Shown here piece after piece: positions 54,025 through 64,000 of a stretch of DNA of 64,000 bases. Position numbers and translations under genes: made by a program. Source of the DNA: Amoebidium appalachense (lineage: Eukaryota > Protista > Ichthyosporea). The notes below the pieces were generated by a model, which had not been told where the DNA came from, ran no database searches, and worked only from the letters and a program-made list of their open reading frames with translations. The stretch's first letter is position 1; every line of letters begins with the position of its first letter. Location: positions 6,142,948-6,206,947 of the forward strand of contig CAVNZM010000003.1 of NCBI GenBank assembly GCA_963693365.1, written 5' to 3'.

Positions 54025-55167
54025 CTATACCTTCCAGTCTAGGTCAGTGGGTTCATCCTTTCCCTCTGACCACTCCTTCCCTGGTGCTGGTGTAGCCGGC
54101 CCACTCGCGTCTCCCTCCCCACCAAACTTTCTCAAACTGATGGAACTCTCGGCTTCATGCACTTCAAGTTGGCCCAACACCAGATTTCCATCCACGATTG
54201 GGTTTGCCTCCGCCTCCCCTGGTTTCTTTTCATTGTTGAGTATGCGTGTTCTCATCATGCTAACAGGAATCTTGACGGTAGTTGCGCAAGCTTGCGTCGA
54301 GCCTCTAGCTTCCACGACCTGTATGCTAGACACCATGGTGGGTAATACGATTTGGGAGCCGCCGCGCGACATCATGCACACCCGAGTAGATGCTGACATG
54401 TTCGTGCGCATGTCAGATAACCTCCCGTGAGATGTATCGATTGGAAGAAGAACCCATACTGCAGAAAGGGTAATAACACGGACGAGGCACAGCAACATGA
54501 CTACAATTGCACTGTGCTTGAGTGGGACATTGTTCGGAATTGCGTAAAATGTCCAGTAGATGTTGTCAAAGAGAAGCACAAGTGTGCAGCAGCACAAATA
54601 GGCTCCGAGAAGACGCAAAATCCGTCGTGTCATCCGAAAAGCCGGCGATTTCCATGGAGGTGGGGTCAACGACATGCCTTGGTGGTTGTACGACATGAGG
54701 GAATACAGATGGAAAACTAGAATGAGCCCCGTGAAGTTCAGAAAACATTGAGCAGCAATTCCGAAATATGCGGGGCCATCATAACCGAATGCGCACATGA
54801 ACGGAAAGACGACCACCCATGGCAGGAACAGGACGGGAAGAACGAACAGGTCCAGATGTTTGGGCACTCTTATTGCATGTCTGCTCAAACGCATAATCAC
54901 TGCCAAAAAGAACAAAGTTCTCCACACGGGGATGATGGAAAGTGGCCGGCCAAACCAATAAAAAGACTCGACAGCACATGTTTCAAATGAAGCTTCATCT
55001 TTCAAGAATATCAGCCATTGGCCTGCCTCCAGAGTCACACCAACAAGGGGGAATGTTGTGAGCCAGGGGCGTATTGTCGGGTTTTTAACATGGCGAAGAG
55101 AATGGAGGAGAGAGGCCAGGGCTGTAAGGGTTGTGCCCACACAGAAGTAGAATGCGTAACTAGGCAT
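54025..55167 (-). CDS. Intronless seven-transmembrane (GPCR-like) protein
   Basis: 380-codon ORF with seven ~20-aa hydrophobic segments, a Cys before TM3, a basic stretch before TM6 (RMTRRILR) and a hydrophilic Ser/Thr-rich tail. Receptor function is inferred. Confidence 0.7.
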   Translation of the reverse strand: MPSYAFYFCVGTTLTALASLLHSLRHVKNPTIRPWLTTFPLVGVTLEAGQWLIFLKDEASFETCAVESFYWFGRPLSIIPVWRTLFFLAVIMRLSRHAIRVPKHLDLFVLPVLFLPWVVVFPFMCAFGYDGPAYFGIAAQCFLNFTGLILVFHLYSLMSYNHQGMSLTPPPWKSPAFRMTRRILRLLGAYLCCCTLVLLFDNIYWTFYAIPNNVPLKHSAIVVMLLCLVRVITLSAVWVLLPIDTSHGRLSDMRTNMSASTRVCMMSRGGSQIVLPTMVSSIQVVEARGSTQACATTVKIPVSMMRTRILNNEKKPGEAEANPIVDGNLVLGQLEVHEAESSISLRKFGGEGDASGPATPAPGKEWSEGKDEPTDLDWKV

Positions 55168-56544
55168 GTCCACATAGAATCATGTGGGCCTTGGATCGAT
55201 CCGTGACACTACGAATTACTGTTAGAACGTAAGAAATGCAGAGTGTGGGCTCTTGCATGAGTAATTCACTTTATCATGGATGCAGAGAACGATTTAAACG
55301 TACCTAAACCTCCTAACTTACACTGTGAACCTGTTTAGCTGACCTGAGTTTTCATTTTTGTTTTTCAAACTAAGTTCTACTTGGGCAGATATCCTTTCAG
55401 ACTAACATGAGCAGTGGAAACATGTCGATTTCAAAAGCTAAGTGATTGGTCTCTGGTAATCAGAGTCTAGTGTCACGGTGAGAGGCGAGAAAACCTGTGA
55501 CACTCGCAGCCAAATGTAAACCTTGTTTGTCTCTAAGAGCAAAAAAAACAACAACTATGCACGTATATTATTTTTCTATATTAGTGCCTGCAGCGACTCG
55601 CCAAAGACACGATTGAGGGCCCGAGCGAATCGTCCCGGAATGCAACGAATATATTGTAGGATACACAGCCCGATTTCGGTTCAACCAGAGCAATGGGGAT
55701 TCTTAAAAGTCTCAAATAACAGCAAGGTTGATTGTATAAATTAGAATCCGGTTTTAAAGACACAAAAAACCTTTTAATATGACATTAGTAGCAGACATAA
55801 AAATCGTTTTAACCAAATACAATGTTGTATAAGTAATCAAGAGAATATTAAGGCATCAACAGGCTATTGTGGTTAAAAAAACAAAAATTGTTTTTGGATT
55901 TTTTGGCTTCTTCCGTAAATTTACCGGAAATGAGCTGGGCGACGCGTCCGTACGATCAACTTTGTATGTCAGTGGCTGCATTTGATTGGCTGCGCTGGAA
56001 AACGCAGTAGGCCGTCGAATGTGGCTGGGCCTTTGCACTCCGGCAGTGTCCACGCAATAAAAAGTGTGTAAACCCCCATTGGAATCACAGAAAGCTCGTA
56101 TTATTTTTTCTTTTGCTCCGGATCCGTCATACATTATGTAAGCACATTTATACAGATATATCTATATTTATCCTTATTCTATATATATATATATTTATCC
56201 TTTGATATCATGGAACATCTGAAGTCGACATTTTTGTTACGGAGCCGCCTCTCCTACAAAACTCAATTAGGCCAAAAATCTTGGGCCATTTGCAGCTTTT
56301 GGCTTGGCACCGTTTGCCCGCACGCGTGTTGAGCAACATTTTGTGACGTCACACGGTGCCTTTAGTGCATGGTTACTTAGTTGCAGTGAATGGTCCGCTT
56401 CAGGTTATTCTTTGTTTTAAACAAATTAAAAGTAGACTTGAACTAAAAGTTTGGCTCAAGGTCAGGTACGTCTTTGACAGATTCTCCAGTCTCGCCACGC
56501 CGCGGGCGTACAGATGAATCTATCCCAAAACATTTTGGCCAGTA

Positions 56545-56930
56545 TCTTATTTTATTATTATTTTATATTTATTTTTTATAATGACTTTATTGATATGCTC
56601 AGCAAAATAGAAGCCATCGAGATACCACTGATATCTCGGAGAAGAAAATACAAAAGTCCTAACTCTCGGATACGGAGGAGATAACGACTTAAATAATCAT
56701 ACACCCAGAAAACTCGTTAAACATACCGTGGTTCAACAGATAGTCAATAGGCGTAATATCAGGATTATCTAAATAAGCCAGTCTTCTAATTTCTAACGGA
56801 ATAATCTGAGATAAATAAGTACATCTATCTAAGTGTTTACGAGAAAAAGGTTCTGCACAAAAGTGGCACAAACATTTATGAAAACAAAGGTTACAGCGCC
56901 AAAATAAACATTTCCAAGCTATATCACTTG
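56545..56930 (-). mobile_element. 5'-truncated non-LTR retrotransposon (LINE) fragment
   Basis: AT-rich ORF end WKCLFWRCN...CHFCAEPFSRKHLDRC...TPIDYLLN resembles the Cys/His C-terminus of LINE ORF2 proteins. It is followed by a 3' UTR hairpin (~56617-56640), AATAAA and an A-rich tail (~56545-56582). Confidence 0.55.
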
Positions 56931-58601
56931 GAGATGGCACAAGTAAGGGTATCTGATTTAAGACTATCAGTACACTCTATATTGGAGGGTTTTCATTGGG
57001 GAGCCACTTTCCTCCAATCCATCATGTTCGATCTAGTTTGCACCCTTCTGAGAAAGCATGCTGTGACCACGTGCCAATCACATATACGTATTTCTTTTTT
57101 CTGCATACCACTCTTCATCCCCCACACTTCGCTTTTTTTTTCGCGCTTTTTTCGCACCACACACTGCCCTTTGTTTTTTGGCGCCAACACTTTCCGCGCG
57201 CTTTTGTAAATAAACAACTGACCGTTTTCTATTGCTTCGCCTACAAGAAGCAAGTTTTTCAAAATGTTGTGGCGCTGTGCACTGCCGCAAGAATGGCCGC
57301 AGCAGCTGTCTCTTACCGTCCTCTGGGTAGTACTCACCTGTCATTTCTGTCACCTCGCCTAGCTGGAGTAACAGAACTGACTTAAACTTCTTGCAGATAC
57401 TTGGCCGTTCCACCCCGGTGGCTGCAGGTCATCTGTGCCCCTCCCAGGTGAAACAGCTACATACACAACAGACACTTCTTTGCAAGACGCCAGCTAATGC
57501 AGTGTGTCCTTTCAGATGCCTCCCACGCGTCCTCACCGGCAGTATGGCCCAGGTGGAGACCTTTTCCTTCTCAGACGACGGCGCAAGGTGTGCATGCCTG
57601 TTTCCCCTTCCCTCTCCCCCCCCCCTCCCCCCTCCCCCCCCCCCCCCCGCCCCCACCCCCTTCCTCCTCCATCGTCTCCCCCCCCCCCCCCCCCATTCCT
57701 CCTCCATCCCCCCTACGGATACACGAGGATGCATTTGCTTACTATTCGGACGTCGCCCCGCAATGAGGCCTTTTTTTTTTTTTTTGCAACAGCCATATCA
57801 TTTTTTATATTGTAGCACACACAACCCGGTTTTCGCACCTGGTCCAGCCCATTTCTCATGAGCACATCATCTTTTCCCATTTTCCACACACGATCACACA
57901 GTGATCGGCAAGTTTTGGTCCTGATACTTTGTGCGTATAAGCAAAGCACGAGAAGCGCCACCCCCGTGTGCTGCTAATCCCGCATAATGGGTGCCGGCCA
58001 GACACTAAGCCCAGCACACGTTTGCCGGAGGGTGTGAGTCTCGGACTTTGCTTATGCCCTCACGGTGGTTAAGATCACTACCTGACGATCACTAGAGTCG
58101 TGTGTTTTCCTTCAGTCTGAACAGCCGTCGTTTGCGCAAACTACGTGTATATACCCAATCACAATATATTTCAACATGTACATCCGGAAGATCTATGTCT
58201 GCTTCTCGCACTTGCTCGCCTCTGCTTACATGTTTTGTTTTTATGTTTTGTACCCACGTGAGGTCATCCTCAGAGGCACTGCAGCCCGCGCACGACGTCG
58301 TGTGGTTAGGGGATGGCTTGGAGGTTTGCCAGTCCCTGACATATACACTGTGACGCCCCCCCCCACCCCTAGTATGCATCCACATGCTTATATGTTTGCA
58401 CCCACGTACTAGCCTTATCCATGTGTGAGGACACACACTATCCTTCTCTTGTGCGCTTAACATGTGACGTAGATATACATCGAGTCACCCCAGATACGGA
58501 AGCCCCCCAGATCAATAAACATCACGATGTAAATGGGGCTTCCGGGACCTGGCGTCCTCAGTCTTTTCCTTGTCCAAAACTTATTTCTTGTCAACGAAAG
58601 C

Positions 58602-59279
58602 TGTGACCATCCCTCCCCCATCCGACTTTCATCCGTGTTCAAATTCATATTCCCATCACATTTCGATGTCGCACTTATCCGATCAGAAAGACGAAAACTA
58701 TGAGGGTAAAATAAATCGATCGAAATGCCTGTCGACACATATATAGAAGATAAATCGCAACCTTCTAATGAAAGTAATCTTCTAATGAAAGTACGGAAAC
58801 ATTTAATAAACGAAACCACTTATGTATCTATTAGTTCACATCATATATTTATACATGTTTTTAACATAACACGTCTAAATATAAGTATTCCTAATAGTTG
58901 GGGAGCTTAGAGCAATTCTACGTCGTGGGAAAAGAAGGAAAGGAATGAGGATAGAAAGGAATGGAATGGGAAAGGAATCGAGTAGAATGAAGGAGGAATG
59001 TAGGTTTCTATATTTGGGAAAATATAACGAGATCGGATTGGACAACTTATTTAGACATTAACGCAAACAACATCACACTGATGTGCGCGGGCCAAATGGC
59101 TCGATGTGTACACAGATCAAAGAGATCTGCTCTTTGATCTGTGCACACGGAAACGGAAAGGAAAGAAAGAAAGGAAGAAAGGAAAAGGGAAAAGGAAACG
59201 AACAACAACAAACTAATAAACATGTGTAAAACTCAACAAGTTCTTGCCGTTAATCATGGGTAGATGACATCCCCACTCA
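58602..59279 (-). mobile_element. Putative LTR remnant with polypurine tract
   Basis: Minus strand reads GAGTGGGGA|TGTCAT at 59278-59264. The AT-rich block extends left to a TGT at ~58602, so the left boundary is uncertain. Confidence 0.4.
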
Positions 59280-59703
59280 AGGGTTGGAAGTCGGGTTCTC
59301 GTGAAGTTTGTTGATGTGACTGTTGATGTCAATACTCTCACACTTGTAGAAGCAGGTGCCGTGACGTCACAGTCAAGTTTCCCCACTCCGACGAGAAGAT
59401 GTCATGTGCTGAGCTGATTCGTATTAGTTTGCTTCTATATTTTGTGTTTTGGTTAGTGCATTTCGGGGGTTTTCTTGCATAGAGATGCCGGGGTCTAAGT
59501 GGAGTATGAGGAGATTATTCAGTGGTATGGGGAGAATCTGATGCAGCGGCGGCTGATTGTTTGGTGCGCGCGTGCATGCACCATGCCTCTGCGTACTCTC
59601 CATGTTAAATGTTGTATTGCTTCTTGCTGTGTGCTTGGCGAGACCCATGTTGCCTGCTCGCGTGTGTGTATGCTTATATGTATTGTGAGTAAACGTGTGT
59701 ACG

Positions 59704-60576
59704 TGTTGTAGTGCTGTAGGGGTGTCTGAGGTGGCGGTAGCCAATGGTTACTAAACTCAATTTATTTTGATCTTCTCTTCGAATAAATACCTGAAATTCC
59801 TCTAAGTCTAATCCATACATGATTTCCGACCAGTCGGAAATCAGATCTATCTCTAATAGAAACCAATCACTAAGAGGCACAATTGCTTTCAGAGAGATCT
59901 GGTACGCGGAGACGTACACGATAGGACACAGACACTAGTTAAGATCAACTCGTGTCATCATCAAGGAAGTTCTAACCTATGACACACTGCAAAGACTCAG
60001 ACTGTATCAAGACATACTATCACACTTAACCTTGATGATTGGTTAAAACCCGGCAACACATGAAAACTAAAGTAAATTAATGAAGTCTAATCACACATGT
60101 TATTCTAAGTGTAGCTTAAGTGTGTTACCGTTCAATCAACACATATTAAGTAACACAAATCTACCTAACATATATTAGTAGAAAAGAAATACGATTATAC
60201 ACATGAAGACAAGGAGAGAAAGAAAAGAAAATAAGGAAGGAGAAAGAGAAAGGAAAAGAGAGCACAGATCAACAAACAAGATAGTAATAGTATAACTATA
60301 ACCAGAGATATTTATGTACACACAAACATGTACACGTCTCTCCCTGAGTGGGTCACGGTGGATCCGTGTACACACATATAAACATTCTAATCGATATTAC
60401 AATACACGATTAAAGCCGGGACAACACGTTTACAAGAATACAAGCATATCGGAGATCGATGCTACACTTTACATAATAGGAGTGTGGCATTTATACTAAG
60501 CATATGAATTGAAACATAACACAAACTGAGAAGATCTTACCATATGTAAATACTACGTATTACAACATCCCCACTT
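59704..60576 (-). mobile_element. Putative 3' LTR (59704-60567) with adjacent polypurine tract
   Basis: Termini TGTTGTA (59704) and TACAACA (60561-60567) are inverted; minus strand reads AAGTGGGGA|TGTTGTA. Confidence 0.55.
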
Positions 60577-60949
60577 AAGACTTTGAAGTTTGTGTTATCA
60601 TATCCCCACTGAACCAGTGAAATCTCCCCACTTGAGAACAGAAACGAAAAAAAATTAAAGTGTGTACTTTTCCCGGGGGGGGGGGGGGGGGGGGGGGGGG
60701 GAGGGGGGGGGGGGGGGGGGAGGGGAAGGGGGGGGGGGGGGAAGGGGGGGGGGAGGAAGGGGGGGGGGGGAGATGAAAATACAAATCCTAAATACAGAAG
60801 ATGTCAAAATGTCAATTTTCAGGGTGACGATCTGAAATTTGGAGTTTTAACAGATTAGAATTAGGGTTTATAGGACTCTTAAGACCATAAAGGTAGGAAT
60901 TTAGTACTATATAGAAGTACTTTTCTAAACTAGGAAAATTTAAAAGTAG

Positions 60950-61145
60950 AGGCGAGTTGAAAGTCCTAGACGAGTTTTGGATCCTCAGATTCCAAATTCA
61001 CCTTGTACGAGTAAGGAGAATTTTCCAAGAGCATAAGTTCCTTAGCGATAAGGCTCTTTAAAGACTCTCACAATCAACTTGTCGATCGTAGGGATAAAAG
61101 CATAAGACTTTTATCTTAGTGAGAAAGCTCGACTGAGACTCCACC
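60950..61145 (+). repeat. Left repeat arm, inverted relative to 63600-63960
   Basis: CCAAATTCACCTTGTACGAGTAAGGAGAATTTTCCAAGAGCATAAGTTCCTTAGCGATAAGGCTCTTTA is the near-perfect reverse complement of ~63744-63812. Confidence 0.85.
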
Positions 61146-62074
61146 AGAGGCGAGTCGAGAGTATAATTAGGTAAATTACTAGAGGAGAATCAAAAGTTTG
61201 ATTGGGTGAACTACTTGATTCGAATCAAGAATCTGATTGGGTGAACTACCTGATTCGAATCAAGAGTCTGATTGGGTGAACTACCAGAGGCGAATCAAAA
61301 ACAGGGTGAAATACCGATCTCAAAAAAATGGGTGTCCCAATTTGGTAAGTCCTGAAATGGTAAATTATTAAAACTCTAAGATCTTGCCACTCTTGGAATT
61401 TTAGCATGTCAGGAAATTGGGTACCTACGGAAATCGACGGAACTTTCGCGGTGCTCCAATTTCTGGACTTAATAACAGTTTTCATTCCTAAAGATGCTTA
61501 TTAAAGCAGATATAGCTAATAGTCTATTATGAACTTTGCCACTTCGTTTTAGACTTCAAGTTATGTATCTTTAATTTATCATCTTTCGTTTAGATTTATT
61601 TCATGCAATTAAGGGTAAATTATTAAAACCCCCAAGATTTTGCCACTCTTGGAATTTTAGCAGATCAGGAAATTGGGTACCTACGGAAATCGATGGAACT
61701 TTCGCGGTGCTCCAACCTTCGAACCTTAGAAGGATATCATTTACAGTGATACGTTATTGATCCCTCAGCTACCATCCTGAAAGCAATGCTAGGTTATGTA
61801 ATAGTATCTCTGGTGAGACTCGATACCTACGTAAATCTACGGAACTTTTGCAGTGCTTCAATTTATGGACTTAATTCTATTTATTAGAGCAGGTAAATCC
61901 TAAGGGTTAATAAGGTTGTTGTCGTTCCTTTTTTTCTCTTTATACTGTTTAGTATCTACAATTGTATACTCTATTAAATAATTTTAATCCTAAGCTATTA
62001 TATGTGAGTACCTTTATTCTTATTAAAAGAGGTATCGTTTAGTTGGTATCTTTGTTTTACTATTTGCATTAGAG

Positions 62075-62425
62075 TACTAGACGAGCGGTGGCTCTGACGA
62101 GACTTTTACAACGAGCTTGTCGTCGTATATTGATAAGAGCATAAAACTCTTCTCTTAGCGATAAGGCTCTACTGAGACTCTATCGGATGCGAGAGTATGA
62201 TCGAGTGAAATGCAAGTTCACAACGAGGTACAAGTCCTAAACGAGCTTGTTGTTGTATAATGACCAGAGCCTAAGACTTTTCTTTTAGCGATAAGGCTCT
62301 ACTGAGACTCTACCTGATGCGAGAGTATGATTGGGTGAATTGCGAGTACTAGACGAGCTTGTCGTAATATGAAGACAAGAGCATAAGACTTTTCTCTTAG
62401 CGAGATGGCTCTACTGAGACTCTAG
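62075..62425 (+). repeat. Three tandem ~110-130 bp modular units (ACGAGCTTGT...CTTAGCGATAAGGCTCTACTGAGACTCTA)
   Basis: Visible copies ending near 62181, 62312 and 62424; same modules as the terminal arms. Confidence 0.85.
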
Positions 62426-62479
62426 CTGGCTCTCTAAATCTTAGAGTGCTGTAATTACTCCCTTAGTAGTAAAGAATAA

Positions 62480-62725
62480 AGATGCTTAATTTCGACATAG
62501 CATAAAGATATAGGAATGATGTATATTATAGCAGGTGCATTTGGAGGATTATTAGGAACAACTTTCTCTGTATTAATTCAAATTGAATTAGCAGTACTAG
62601 GTACAAAATTTTTAAATTGTATCTAATTATGACTATCAGGTACTATACTAGTCATTTCTATCGATTTAAGAGTACTAGGTACGGTACTCTGAGATCCTCA
62701 TATGTATAATCTTATTAGGACAGCT
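62480..62725 (+). pseudogene. cox1: cox1 5' fragment (62480-62620 plus 62693-62725)
   Basis: RCLIST*HKDIGMMYIIAGAFGGLLGTTFSVLIQIELAVLGTKFLN ... DPHMYNLIRTA compared with consensus RWLFSTNHKDIGTLY..GAFSG..GT..S.LIRLELA.PG...GD.QLYNVIVTA; in-frame TAG. Confidence 0.9.
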
Positions 62726-62763
62726 ACCAGTCTTGATGGTCGTCCACATTCATAAGCAATACA

Positions 62764-63152
62764 TACCAACTAGTTTCACCAAGTCTATGGCCAATTTCTG
62801 CCACTTTAGCTGCATTAGTATTCTCATTGAGTACTAGATGTGGATTTCATAATTATAAAAATGGAGATAGAATGATGATTACAGGTTTCGAACCAAATAG
62901 TTCCTCCGAGGAGTTCTTCGGAGGAGTTCATTGGAGTAGTCCCTTGGATTATTTAATGAATAATTTTAATTAGAGAATAAAAGTATTTCCTTTAGCATAT
63001 CATAAGCTAGGTTATTCTTTACATTCTTTAGAGTTTACTTCCATAGCAGCCTTTCACCATCTTTAATTTAGGAGTTTCTTTGATCTCCTACTAGAATTGA
63101 GATATTAAATCTATGATATGTATCTCTTTTAAATACTGCTATTCTTAACTCC
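62764..63152 (+). pseudogene. cox3: cox3 fragments (62764-62889 and ~63012-63152)
   Basis: YQLVSPSLWPISATLAAL...FHNYKNG (consensus YHLVDPSPWP); LFFTFFRVYFHSSLSPS, WSPTRI and LLNTAIL (consensus FFWAFFHSSLSP..WPP.GI..PLLNT.ILL); frameshifted. Confidence 0.8.
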
Positions 63153-63228
63153 ACTTTTTCTTTTATTCGTGTCATCGGCATTAGTAAAACAAGGTGCGGT
63201 CAGTGGTACTAACACAATTAGTCCACTA
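63145..63228 (+). pseudogene. cox1: Internal cox1 fragment preceding the intron
   Basis: LTPLFLLFVSSALVKQGAVSGTNTISPL compared with consensus LLPPSL.LL.SSALVEQGAGTGWTVYPPL. Confidence 0.75.
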
Positions 63229-63426
63229 TAAATTTCGCTATATGCTGAGACGTCTAAAGCTTTAAGATGTAACAATGGACAATCAGCAGGAAACCAAAGT
63301 AGATCGATATCTATGATTAGGATCCTCAGAGACTACATGCGAAACAGTACGGTTCACTAATGTATAGAACGGTATTGAAGAGATAGTCTGCCCTTAAAAT
63401 GTGAAAGGAGCTTAAAGATTTAAGGT
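63229..63426 (+). ncRNA. Group I intron core (IB-like), ORF-less, mitochondrial type
   Basis: P TATGCTGAGAC (63241), Q AATCAGCAGG (63281), R TCAGAGACTACA (63326), S AAGAGATAGTC (63378). P3 pairing TTTCGC (63233) with GCGAAA (63339); P9-like CCTTAAA..TTTAAGG. Confidence 0.88.
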
Positions 63427-63599
63427 ATTACTTGCGTGTTTACAACTACCTAATTCTAGGAATTTTAAAAGCTTTTTGGTACCAAATTTAGGTTTAGAGG
63501 CTTAAAGTGGAGGATCTAATCAATCATGTATGGTACTAAGTCAAATATGATAGAAAGAAAATAGAATATCGCGGATCTTAGTTCGGGGTTTAAATTTTA

Positions 63600-64000
63600 C
63601 TAGAGTCTCAGTAGAGCTTGCTCGCTAAGAGAAAAGTCTTATGCTCTTATCATCATACGACGACAAGCTCGTCATGAAAGTCTCTAAAGAGCCTTCTCGC
63701 TAAGGAACTTATGCTTTTGGGTTCTGAGGAGCCCAAGAGTCTCTAAAGAGCCTTATCGCTAAGAAACTTATGCTCTTGGAAAATTCACCTTACTCGTACA
63801 AGGTGAATTTGGACTCTGAGGAGCCCAAGAGTCTCAGTTGAGCCTTATCGCTAAGAAACTTATGCTCTTGGGTACCTACGGAAGCCTACGGAACTTTCGC
63901 GGTGCTCCACTCTGAGGAGCCCAAACTCGTCTAGTACTCGCAACTCGTCTAGGACTTGCAATTCGTTGTGAACTCGAAACTCGCAATTCATTTAGTACTT
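63600..64000 (-). repeat. Right repeat arm: inverted array of the same modules
   Basis: GAGCCTTATCGCTAAG / CTTATGCTCTT / CTGAGGAGCCCAA modules repeated 3-4 times; hairpin AAATTCACCTT-N8-AAGGTGAATTT at 63781-63810. Confidence 0.85.

Larger units (their letters stand above)
60940..64000 (+). other. Mitochondrion-derived insertion (NUMT) with inverted terminal repeat arrays
   Basis: Abrupt AT-rich, microsatellite-free sequence containing cox gene fragments, a group I intron core and modular repeats. Confidence 0.85.

Noticed and set aside
57292-58350. Possible spliced plus-strand gene starting MAAAAVSYRPL
   Set aside because: Splice-like sites exist, but no coherent or recognisable protein could be assembled.
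61900-62070. nad2-like fragment (KVVVVPF)
   Set aside because: Similarity too short to call by eye.
62075-62425. CRISPR-like array
   Set aside because: Intervening sequences are homologous to each other rather than unique spacers; no cas genes; eukaryotic/mitochondrial context.
62498-62500. TAG reassignment or RNA editing in cox1
   Set aside because: Surrounding fragments carry frameshifts and many substitutions, so decay explains the stop.

Overview
Eukaryotic nuclear DNA. Most ORFs in the track are spurious products of intronic poly-G/poly-C, (GT/AC)n and (GA/TC)n tracts. Splicing by hand at GT-AG junctions gives five recognisable genes: GMP reductase (partial), a GH27 alpha-galactosidase, an ALMT/FUSC-family transporter, adenylate kinase 2 and a TruB-family pseudouridine synthase. 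There are also an intronless zinc-knuckle protein, an intronless 7-TM protein and two spliced orphan genes. One orphan lies inside a TA-flanked, CAGT-terminated pogo/Tc1-mariner-like element that has no transposase. Positions 39-47 kb hold a decayed tandem array. Positions 56.5-60.6 kb hold LINE and LTR remnants. The last ~3.1 kb is mitochondrion-derived: scrambled cox1/cox3 (possibly cox2) fragments and a group I intron core between inverted arrays of modular repeats, resembling an inserted linear mitochondrial mini-chromosome. This suggests an Amoebidium-like ichthyosporean, but the taxonomy is only an inference. All coordinates were read by eye and no searches were run.
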